Positions 42,861 through 54,626 of a stretch of DNA of 64,000 nucleotides are shown piece after piece. The DNA comes from the human T2T-CHM13v2.0 reference genome, Homo sapiens, in NCBI RefSeq assembly GCF_009914755.1, contig NC_060926.1; one strand, written 5' to 3'. Numbering within the stretch: position 1 is the stretch's first letter; every line of letters starts with the position of its first letter. The notes below the pieces were generated by a model that was given only the letters and a program-made list of their open reading frames with translations, had not been told where the DNA came from and ran no database searches. Made by a program: the position numbers and the translations under genes.

Positions 42861-45002
42861 GCAGGTTTTTCAAAATCAGTTGCCTTTAGAGACCAGGCAC
42901 ACAATATAAATGAATGAATCAGGCAGATGAAATATGATAGTGGGTAGTGGGGGCTATGGAAAACTAGAGTACATAATCCTCCTAAAGGCATTCACATTTA
43001 GATGTTTTAAAAACATTATGCCAATCACTCATTGGGCCATCAGTCTGAAACTTTTGTATAGGGTTTTGAAGCTGGATAGGACACAGGACAGAGCAAAGAG
43101 GAGAATGTTGGATATTGCCCCATGATCTACATGCCTCTCACATTCCCAGAGCGTTCTCTCATTGGCAGGGTATACCACATTAATTAGGGTCATTACCAGT
43201 CCTAACTTTTGCCCACCAGCTGAGCTGACATATATGTCCCACAAAGAGGACATAGGGCCAATATGAAAAGAAGCATATTTCAGGTTCAAGCCAGTGTTGT
43301 CAAGCCTGCTTAGAACACCATGTTTTCAGATGAGCTAAACAAATGGCCTTCAGAACAGATCCCAAAAGAACTCTTGCCTCCAAGGAAAACCAACAAAGCA
43401 TTAAGGGCCTGCTCTCTCAGAGAGCAGGCTGCCTCCTCCTTTTCCCCTTTCTCTACTAGCTGGGTCCATTTTGAAAAGGACTTTTCAGATCAGGCCAAGT
43501 AAAATTATAAGGCAGAGAAAAAGAAATTTATAGATATTTACTGAGAACCAAGTGTTGGCTAAGTGACATATGTTTAACTTAGATAACGTTATTGGATCCT
43601 TTACATAATTCTGTGAGATAGGTTATTATTTTGCTAGATGTGAATAAGAAAGTAAATAAATAGCAAAGTAGTAGTAAGTACAAAGTAAGTAGTAAGTACA
43701 AAGAAAGTAGTAAATAGCAGGCCTTAGATATGAATTTAAGTCTCTTTAACTCCAAAGCTACTAGATTTGAAGTTAAGTCTCTTTAACATCCTTCTACTAT
43801 GCCAAGAGCTCAGGTCTGCACTGTTCCCCATAACTGTTCTCATTCCAAACAAAAGCAGATGAACCAATACATCTCTGAGTTCTTTTGTATGTGTCTTTTG
43901 CTTAAGCTATGCCAGTACTTACACAATTCAACAGGAAACAACACTGAAATCAGATGACTACTAATCTGGGGTGCATGGGTCAGGAAAGTCCAAAGTGGGG
44001 ACCATATTTAAATCCTGGTATGAGGCAACTATGACTGTGTGACAAGGGCTGGTTGAATCATTGCCTGGCTTTCCTAGCCTTTATTCATGTTTAAAGCTGG
44101 AAAGAACCTCCAAGAAGAGCAGAGCAGAAACTCAATGAGATTCCAGGAAGCAACAGAATTCACTAAGGGAACCACATGAAGAGAGAGTGGTGCAGTAAGT
44201 GTGAATATCAGACGAAAGAACAGAGTCCCACCCAGAGCTGGCTAGTGAGTCACTGTGATTTCTGACAACCACTAGGCTGTAATATTGAGCCACACACCAC
44301 GGAAGATTGGAAATTCTATTTAGATTTTCAAGGTGATTTTATTAGACAGCTGACTTAAAGGGTAAGGCTACCTTACAGTTCAGCACCACACTCAATTCCA
44401 GGATCCTCAAAGGCAATGCATACAAGCAGGCCCAGTAGGTAAGTGCTTGCTAAAAATCTTGGCCAAGTCTAAGAAGCAAAACTTGCTGAAGACTATTCAG
44501 AAATACGTGTTTGTATTTGGGAGGATGGGGAAAGTGAAGAGATATGTCTTAATTTTTCTCTTTGTCTTTGCTCACTATGAATTTTTATAGGCAGAGGGTA
44601 AGGCTGGCTACGGGCCTCTGGCAGGTTTCAATGACCAAGGGCAGTTAATGCTCAAAGAAACAGTGAAGTTTTAAATTACCTAAACCCTAGTAGGACAAAT
44701 AGCTTCCTCTCCACCGCCATTCCCCATCACCATGAATACCCTTCCTTTTCTATCAGAATCTCCTTTCTGTCCTCATGCCAGAAACTGTCACAATATTACT
44801 TCTCAGAATTCTCATCTAAGGGATCAAGCATCCTACATGAAACAATTTTTGCCCGAATTCTGCCTGGCATTTTCAAAACATCCTGAAACCCTAGACCTTT
44901 TAGTTTGTTCCATATTATCTGTCTTTTGGTTAACAAACATACCATTAGTCATCCTGCTTTCCTTTGGTAGCTGCAGACATATTCTTTCGGCTTTTGGGAG
45001 GT

Positions 45003-45325
<323 letters not shown>

Positions 45326-45484
45326 TGAAATAGAAGAGAGAAGACCAGTACTGTAGCCCTGGATTTGTCATTAGTAGCCTTGCAACTCAGGATTCCTTCT
45401 AAAACTCACATTTACTGATGACCAGATATCTAATGTCCCTCCAGCTCTAAGATTCTAAATATAATGAATTTCTTTTTAAAATAA

Positions 45485-45615
45485 TTTTTATTTATTTATT
45501 TTTGGTAGAGACAGGGTTTTGCTATATTGCCAAAGCTGGTCTCAAACTTTTGTTCTCCCACTATCTTGGCCTTCCAAAGTGCTGGGATTACAGGCACAAG
45601 CCACTGTGCCAGGCC
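45485..45615 (-). mobile_element. Alu left monomer / FLAM
   Basis: gtagagacagggttttgc...caaagtgctgggattacagg...gccactgtgccaggcc. Confidence 0.85.
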
Positions 45616-45929
45616 AGTGAAGCTATGGTATAGAGAGTAGTTCTTAGCATTTAGCAGAAATGGGACTGATAAAATGATAGACCGTGAGGAATTGTAGAGA
45701 ACTGTACTATTATTTCATCTTGCACAGGAGGAAACTGAGGTCTGGAAAGATTCATTACAGCAAAGCTACCATGAATGGGGCTGTGGTTGGAATACAGGCC
45801 CCTGATTTGAATCCACTTTTCTTTCTAATATATGATGCAATTTAATCAGCTAGAGGAGAACAAAAATCTTTGAGAATAGTACACACGTCAGGTGCCTAGA
45901 GAGGTGAAGGAGAAGGAAAGGGAGTTTCG

Positions 45930-46420
45930 TTTTTTAATTAAAAAATAAAAATAAAAGAGAATGTAAAATCCATCTTACCTCAGTGAACAAATGTTAATGA
46001 TTTGTCCAGTTTACTTCAGATCCTCCCTTTGTTTTAAAAAATAAAACATCATAAATAAAGATGAAATCCCCCTGCCTTCTCTCCATTCTTTCACCTTCCT
46101 GATGAAGGCTGCTATCATGATTTTGTTATGTATCTGCTATATGTTTTTATGCTTTTAATAGATAAATAATATATGGTAATGTTCTGTTTTTTAGTTTATA
46201 TATATATATACACACACACACATACTAGGCATACATATGTGACATTATACATAATATTCTGCAACTTGCTTTTTTCATTCAATCTTATGTTTTCAAGATC
46301 CATCCATGTTGATCCATCTAAATCTAGTTCATTTAACTGCCAAATAGTGTTTTCCACCGTAGAAGTATACTTAAATATACTACAATGTATTCATCAATTT
46401 TTTCATGATGGAAATTTGTA
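45930..46420 (-). mobile_element. L1ME-like 3' fragment
   Basis: ttctgcaacttgcttttttcattcaa...atccatgttgat...ctagttcatttaactgc. Confidence 0.6.
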
Positions 46421-49400
46421 CAGTTGTGTTTCCAGATGATAGAAGAATGGGGTGTTGCTTGTGCCCAGGAAGCAGGCAGCCTGCTAGGTGAGTATGGTGA
46501 GAAGGGGTTATCATCCTTTATCACTATATATGTGAAATGATGTAAAAAAAAAATAGCAGGCCATTTAGTGAACCAGCTTAAATACTCCCTGAATTTGATC
46601 CCACAGCAAGTGGCAGAGAAAACTCAGATGATTAGTTCAGGAAGGACTCTTAATGAGATAACTGAAAGGAAATTCATCTCTCCTTGGAAGAGAACATGGA
46701 GAGGAATAAAGAAAGCACAGTAAAGCTGACATCACTATGCCTACCCTGACCAGAATTAAGATAAACACAAACTATTTCTTCTCTGAATTGTAATGTTAGG
46801 GAGTTACATCCCCATTTCTAAGTCTTTGGGAATGGATCAGCAAGTCTCTATAAGATTTTCAAAAGTATTTGAGGCTGACCCAGGATGGTAGAGAGGAACA
46901 GGCTCTGCTTCCATAGTTATTGTGTGAGGTTGCAAGTTATTGAATTGAGAGTCCAAGTTTACATTTTCCTTGAACTTCAATAAATTACTGAATTTATTGA
47001 ATTCAGCTAAGTGCCCACTACCAGTGTTTGGGTTGGATGGGAAGAAGATACTAGGAGAAAAAAGAAACCTCCTTGTTGTGGGAAAGCTTGGTATCATTCT
47101 CAAAGATGCTAGGATGGAAAGACTTCTTGCCTTATTCTACATGGACAAGCTTAATCTTCTAATTTCTTGTGTGGCTAAGCAATAAGGTCTTAGTCTCTGA
47201 TGGCAAGGAAGCCTTGATCCAACATTAGATCTATGTATTTATCATTTCTGGTCTATATATGGCTTGTTGTGCAGCAGTTTCTCAATCAGGTGAATTTTTA
47301 AAAACCTGCTCCAATTTCTTGAATAAGGATATGAGAGGAGACACAGTAAGTGAAAGCACTTGAAAACTTCATCTTGTTATTATAGTTAACAACACCATTA
47401 CCACAGGGTATCCTTATTATTCAAGGAGATTTTTAAAAAGCAACTAAAAACTGCCCTTTGTGAACTTTAAAACAACAGGAGTTGTTCTGACTTTTGCTTC
47501 AATGTAATATAGACAGCAGCCCCTGGCTTTCATCCAAGTTACAATTCCCTTCTCCCAACCCCAGAACCATCATGTCCATATTCTGTGTGAGCCCAGGACA
47601 GACAGGTATTCTCCAGATTAGCATTTATCCACATGGCTTGTTCTGTGGAAGCAGAGTTCCCTCTAGGACCTTACCAAGGGCCAGATCATAAGCAGTGATT
47701 ATTTGAAGGGGAACACCCACAGTTTATACCATGAGCAAGCTGTGGGAGAAAAAAACCTATTTTTTTTACCTGAGATCTCTCCCATGTCTACAAGAAAATC
47801 ATTCAGAAGTAGATACTAAGGTGACACTGAAAAATCACCTTGTTTTAGCCAGTCTCCTTGACTAGTCCTTCTCATCTAGTGACGAGTCACATTCCTGACT
47901 TGAAGATCTCTTTAGCAGCTAAATATTCCCCAAACTTTCCCACCTCCTGTCCCCTTTATGGATTTCACAAACATTTTATAGCACTGAGCCGGGGACAGAG
48001 GGTAGGGAGTTTAGGAATCCTGAAAGTCACACTGAGGAGGGTGGTGAGGCAAATCCAGACCATTCTGCCTAAGAGCCGGCCAGTTCACGACGTTCATCGT
48101 TTCTTACTTTTGTGCCTTTGGGCAAATTACTAACCTCTCTCTAAAATGAAAATAATATTTGCCTTGGTAGAGTATTCAGCATAGTGCCTGGCACAAACGT
48201 TCAGCAAATACTGGCGATGATGATGATAATGACAATGAAGATGGCAAACTTATTCCTGCCTTCACTTCTTCACACTTGCTCTTCTGATTTACAATGCCTC
48301 TTCTTTTCTCTTTGTCCTATCTAAATCCTTCCCATTCTAAGAGAACCTTAAGAAGTCCTTTTCAATCAGTCCCAGGCACAATATTTCAATTGGTAGTATC
48401 ATAGCCTATCTTAAATTATGAATTATTTCTTTTGTCTTGTCTCCCCAGGGAGATTATATGCTCTTTAAGAACAAGGATCTTTTTCTGTGCTTCTACCTGA
48501 CACATGTCTGAGCCCATGGTATGCGTGATATACTTAGCATCGAGTATAGTCAAGGGAATTTCTATTTGCTGGTCACAGAGTGGTACTAAGCACAGTACAA
48601 AGGGAATTTCACAGCTAAAGGCTGTGTCTTTCTGGCTGCTCAACTGGACTTCCATTATCAATTCATACAACTAAAATGGTCCTATATTGGCTACAGGAAT
48701 AAAAAGTCTATATTCCCTGAATGAGCCTCAAATGAGTAAGAGATTATAGAAGCTAGTTCGAGATTTAATACTTAACCACCAAGAATTCACTAAGCAATTA
48801 TTCCTGCTCCTGATATTGGAGAATGAATTGTATTCCCACATTCCCAAGAGGGCTGCTGAGGTACAACAGGGGTATTTCCCCCATGCATGTCTGTACTGGC
48901 CCAGAGGCTCTGGACCATCAAGATATTGAGATTATGGCAAATAAGAGTTGGTAAGAAATCATCAAGTGGCCACTGCTCTTCTGTAAGTTGTTGACGCTCA
49001 GGCTGTGGGCCTTCAAGGTATTATACACTGCATCTCTAAGCTTCTGGAATTCTCTGGCCTGGAGGCCTTTCTGCAAATGGGCTGGAAACTATAGCATAGC
49101 CCTACAATGGGAAGGAACTTCCAACGGAGTTCTATCTTGATGCTGTCTTCTGCTTTCTCTGGATACCAGCAAAGTCCCTGTCCTTCTTCCTCCTATCTCT
49201 AAGGTCAGATAATAGACACTCTCCCCTTTCAGCCTGTGAGCAGCTTAAGGCCTTGTCCATTTTTGTCTTATTAGTGTTCAGCACTGTGTGGTAGAGTAGA
49301 GAAGGATCTCAAAAAAATGTGTTCTGCCTGATAATTATGAGAAAGTATTGTAGGAGGCCACCGTTGTGGCAAGGCCCTGAATGTATCAGAGCAAACACCT

Positions 49401-49680
49401 CTCCCTGAGCTCCCCGCCCTCTGGCTCCTTGAGGTTCTCTGGGGTCCCGGGGTCTGGCTCCACAAGGTTCTAGTCTCTGCTTTCTGTTGCTGTTTCTTCA
49501 CATTCTCCAAAAGGCAGAGAATGGGTGGAAAGGCTCAGCCACAGGATACTGGACTGTTTACAGTTGGCCAGGCCAAGATTAGCGTGAGCACAACATATGC
49601 CAAGTTCATTGGAAGTTACATTTTCTCTTTGTTTACACATTAAAGGGGAGAAGACCAGAAGAAAAAAAAAAAAAAGCAGG

Positions 49681-49779
49681 TGACCTCCTGTTAACCTCAG
49701 CCGTCTGCAAAAGGCTGCTGCCCTCACCTCTGAATGAACTTTCAGATTATCTCAGACAAGATTCACCTTGCGCTGAACT
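49681..49779 (-). promoter_or_regulatory. Cluster of three DR5 retinoic acid response elements
   Basis: Minus strand: AGTTCA-gcgca-AGGTGA (49763-49779), AGTTCA-ttcag-AGGTGA (49724-49740), AGGTTA-acagg-AGGTCA (49681-49697). Two are exact RGKTSA-N5-RGKTSA and one has a single mismatch. Confidence 0.75.
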
Positions 49780-51939
49780 TGTACGCCTGCTCTGAAGCCC
49801 CCAGTCACGTAGCTGTGATTAAACATTACAGAGTGGCCATAAATTTACAGAAGTATTATTGTGCCTTGCTTTCCTCTTCTTCTTTGGGAGAGGAAGAGGG
49901 CAATGGGTTTGGGGTGGGGGGAGTTAAAAAAGGGAAACACACAGTCAAACAAACAGTTCCTTTTCACAGCTCTGAACAAAAGAGAAAACATTGCATAGGT
50001 GTCCCAGAAAGAAGGAGAAAGAAATTTGGCCATGTGAGAGAAATTAAAGCTCTAGAAGCCTGCAAAGCCTAAAACTCAACGGAATAGCTGAGGTGCTCCT
50101 GGTCCCATTTCCAGACAGTCTGCAAGTCTACAGATGAAACACAAACCTGCTCTGGTCCTTGCTCCTGGCTTCTCATGAAGGGTATCCCTGAAATAATACT
50201 TTTGCCAGAGAGAGAGAGAATGGAAGAGAGAGGGCATGAGGCAACTGACAGAGCAGCAGGCAGGGGAAAGAAGGCTGCAAGACAACACAGTTCATTTTGT
50301 TCTTTGAGCTGCTATGAGAGATGAGGAAGCCCCAACATCTGGGACATTTAAACAGAGACTGGATAAAGACTAGACCGTGTTCTAAAGGAAACACCCTGTA
50401 GCTGTACCCAGGAGACTGACCAGATGACCTAAGAACATTTATTTCTATGATTCACTATTTTATGCTTAAAGTAGAAAAAAAAAAAAAGGATATTCCACTG
50501 AAGTAAAATTTGTTAAACCCTCTAGGATTCCAAAGCCAAGATACGCCTGCAAAAGGCCTGTGCTGACCATGAAACAATGAGACCTCTATAACCAGAAAAG
50601 GCCAGGGAATGCTCTATTTAATCCAAAACAATTGTAAAAAGTGGTCAGGAAGCCCAGACTGAGGTGATAGGCGCTGGCCAGCAAAGCCACCTTTGGAAAG
50701 GAGTCGCTCTGTCTCTGGTTACCCTATGGCAGTGACAGGGGTGCTAAAGAGGCTCATTGTTTCTATAGTTGGCAAGGCCTTGCCCATAAAAGCAGCAAAG
50801 TCCAGGGTCCATCCACATGAGGAAGGCGGTTGATGGCTTAGCTTAGCTCTGACTCTCAGCAAGATCTCTTGCTGCTTTTAAGAATCAGCCAGGAGTCAAA
50901 AAACAGCCCTGTGGAAATTCTCAGGCATTGCCTCTGACACACAGAGATGAGCCAGGAAGTGAAATGGCCAGTGTCAGGGCAATATTGGGGATATTGAAGT
51001 TTTGCGTGGGAGTTCTGAAGTCAATCTCTGGTCCCCAGGGGCAACCTGTGTTCAAAACTCTGGCCTGGACTTGGAGAAGAAACAGAATGGATTCCTGCCT
51101 CTCAGTGTGAGTTCTGTGAGAGACGAGACTATTGGGTAGAAACACAGGGGAAAAAGGATAATAAAATGTACATTCATTGCGAGCCAGATGGGCCAGGTAT
51201 ATATTAAATGCATTATTGGTACAGTCTCAATTAGTGTGATTCTAAGAGGAAGATACTATTTCTCAGGCCTATTTTACCGATAAGGTAATTGAGGCACAGG
51301 ACAATTTAAGCAACTGCTCAGAATCACACTGCTATTAAGCAAGGAAGTCAGAATCGGAAACCAGGTCTATCTGATTCAATGCATCTTTAAATATGAGAGT
51401 AAAATCTTAGAAACATAGAATCAAGGAAATCTACCAAAGTTCATGCTAGGCAGACTGAATAAAGTGTCCTCCTCCTTTTCCCACCATCCTTCAAGACCCT
51501 TCTTAAGTACCCATCTCCTTTAGGAAACCTCCTTGAACACTACTATCAGTTCCTTAGATTTATCCCTTCTCTGAACTCCATTTGTACCTATTGTTCATGG
51601 TGCACAGGAAGCACTATATCACATATTTTTCTATTCTTCCAGTGTTTGTGCCTCACAGTTGAACTGTTGATTATGTCAGTAAACCAGATGTTGATATACA
51701 GAGAAACCCAAGTGTTTTATGCTTATATCTCCCAGAATAGAATGTCAACTCTTTGAGCAAGGGACACACAGTAGAACCTCAACATACTGTGACTAAACTC
51801 CACAGAGACTAACAAAAAGCTCTTGATGTATTAAATAAGGATACACTTTATAATAAAGAGAGTTGTTCATTAGTGGAATGTGCTGGAACAGAATGAGTGA
51901 AATGTGTGAATGTGTGAAAGTAGAATAAGTTCTACTTCT

Positions 51940-52800
51940 TTAGTATTTTTCCTCAAGATAATGTAGTTTTATTGTGTATTTCTTTATAAAAACAACATAT
52001 GCTTTTTGCAAAAAAAATTCAGAAAAAACTTATTTAATTCAGAAAAGCATAATGGGAAACCATCATCCATAAACCTCATTCCCTAGGCATAATGACTGTC
52101 AACAATTTGGTATCTAGCCTTTAACACTTTTTTTTCTCACCAAAATAGAGCAAATTATAGATACTGTCAAAAGCAGATTTTTCCCACGAATTCAGAATAG
52201 ACATCTTTTACATGTAAATACATATAGATAAATGTAACCAATTTTAAAGACTTCACAGAATCTATTTTTAACAGCTATATACCGTACTAACTTGAACAAA
52301 TCCCTTATTGATGGGTATTTTGAGATTTTTCCCCAATCTTTTTCTACATTACCCAATGTCTTGATGAAAATACTTGAATATACATCTTTGTACATTTCTT
52401 CAAGTGTTTCCTTAGGGAATAGTGTGAGTTACAATACAGCACAGTGGTTAAAAGTGTCAACTCTGGATCTAGATAGCAACTCATCAGCTTTGTGAACTTG
52501 GGCAAATCATCTAACCTCTATAATCCAGTCTGATCATTTATATAATGCAGATAATAGTACATATATAATTAGGTAGGCATGCATATTGAAATAGTTAATT
52601 CACGCAAAAGCACTCAGGACAGTGCCTTTTATGGAGTAAATGCTGAACAAATGTTAGCAATGATGGTGATAATTGATGATAAGGATGATAATGGTAAATT
52701 CCTGGAAGCAGAATTCTAGGTCAAAGCTTTTGATATCCATCAATAAACTGCTTTCCAGAATAGTGTAACGATTTACATTCCCATTAGCAGGTATCACAGT
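51940..52800. mobile_element. Old L1 (minus) interrupted by MIR (~52430-52680)
   Basis: The L1 text ...gtgtttccttagg resumes as taaattcctggaag after the MIR core (gtgaacttgggcaaatcatctaacctct). Confidence 0.65.
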
Positions 52801-53187
52801 GTTTTTGAATGGAAGTATTAGATGTTTTGATGTACATTTGTCAAAACACTAGAGGGACTATCTCACTAAACAACAAGCTTTAGGTTTATCATCTCAATGA
52901 TCCCTTTCTATCATAAAATACCATGCTTCCTTGCCCTATTCCTAAATCATATAAATGTAATGAAAATAATAAAAACAAGTTGAAAATCCCTGGAACACCT
53001 TAGAAGGAGAGTGCTAACTTGCACTTAGAAAGTGCTTTATAGTTCACAAAATGTTTTCAAATATATTCTCATTTTTCGGTTCAAACACCACCTAACTTAT
53101 TGGCTATGCAAATTTATACTCTCTAACTGGGACAAGTGAGTGATGATTAGATTACAAAATAACCAAAGGGATGTCAGGTTTCATCTT

Positions 53188-53754
53188 TTTAAAAAAAATT
53201 TCAGTTTTTATTTTAGATACAGGGGGTATATGTGCAGATTTGTTACGTGGGTATATTACACAATGCTGAGGTTTGGGGTACAGATCCCATCACCCAGGTA
53301 GTGAGCACAGTACCCAATAGGTAGTTTTTCCACCCATGTTTCCCTCCCTCCCTTCCCCATCTAGTAGTCTGCAGTGTCTGTTGTTCCCATCTTTATGCCC
53401 ATGTGAGCTCAATGTTTTGTTCCCACTTATAATTGAGAACATGCAGTGTTTGGCTTTCTGTTCCTGCATTAATTTGCTTAGGGTATGGCCTCTAGCTGCA
53501 TCCATGTTGCTGCAAAGGGCATAATTTAATTCCTTTTTATGGTTGCATAGTATTCCATGGTGTATATGTACCACATTTTCTTTATCCAATCCACTACTGA
53601 TGGGCACCTAGGATGATTCCATGTCTTTGCTATTGTGAATAGCATGGCAATGAACAAACAAATGCGTGTGCCTTTTTGGTAGAATGATTTATTTTCCTTT
53701 AGGTATATACCCAGTAAAGGGATTGCTGGGTCAAATGGGAGCTCTGTTTTAAGT
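53188..53754 (-). mobile_element. 5'-truncated older L1PA 3' end
   Basis: ttttagatacagggggtatatgtgcagatttgttac...; TSD tcaggt(t/c)tcatctt at 53174-53187 and 53755-53768. Confidence 0.92.
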
Positions 53755-54048
53755 TCAGGTCTCATCTTAACCCTTTTCTAGAACCTAAGATCCAGCCCTC
53801 TGCCTCAGAATGAAACCCAGGGTACCTGCACCCTTTACCTCAAAAACACCAGTTCCAAAGAGCTCTCTTGTATTCTCTTACTAGAAATCTTCCAATGTCA
53901 CTAAGCATTAAGAAACTCCTTTTCTGTGGATTTTAACCTTACAATACAGCTTTTTCTCTCTACTTTCTAGAAACTCTTACATCAAATGAATACATAGGCA
54001 AGGAGTTACAGATACAATCTTGTTACCATAAGTAGTTTGAAATATTTA

Positions 54049-54414
<366 letters not shown>

Positions 54415-54514
54415 TCATTAACTGTGAGCATTTACCAGGACTGAACAAGTAAAAGTCCCTTAGCTGTTTCTATCCTGCTCCAATAAAATCTTCTTTCTTA
54501 AATTTTCAGGTTTC

Positions 54515-54626
54515 TGAGGCTGAGGTGGGAGGATGGCTCGAGCCCGGGAAGCAGAGATTGCAGTGAGCCAAGATTGTGCCACTGTACTCCAGCCTGGGCA
54601 ACAGATCCAGACCTTGTCTCCAAAAA
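54515..54626 (+). mobile_element. 5'-truncated Alu right arm
   Basis: gaggctgaggtgggagg...ccagcctgggcaacaga, flanked by aaat(n)caggtttct direct repeats. Confidence 0.85.

Noticed and set aside
43664-43790. Short direct repeats (AAGTAGTAAGTACAAAG x2; TTAAGTCTCTTTAAC x2)
   Set aside because: Local slippage duplications in a decayed MIR; no regular repeat-spacer period, so not CRISPR-like.
48082-48096. DR3-like AGTTCA-cga-CGTTCA
   Set aside because: Mismatched second half-site at the edge of a MIR; single degenerate matches are expected by chance.
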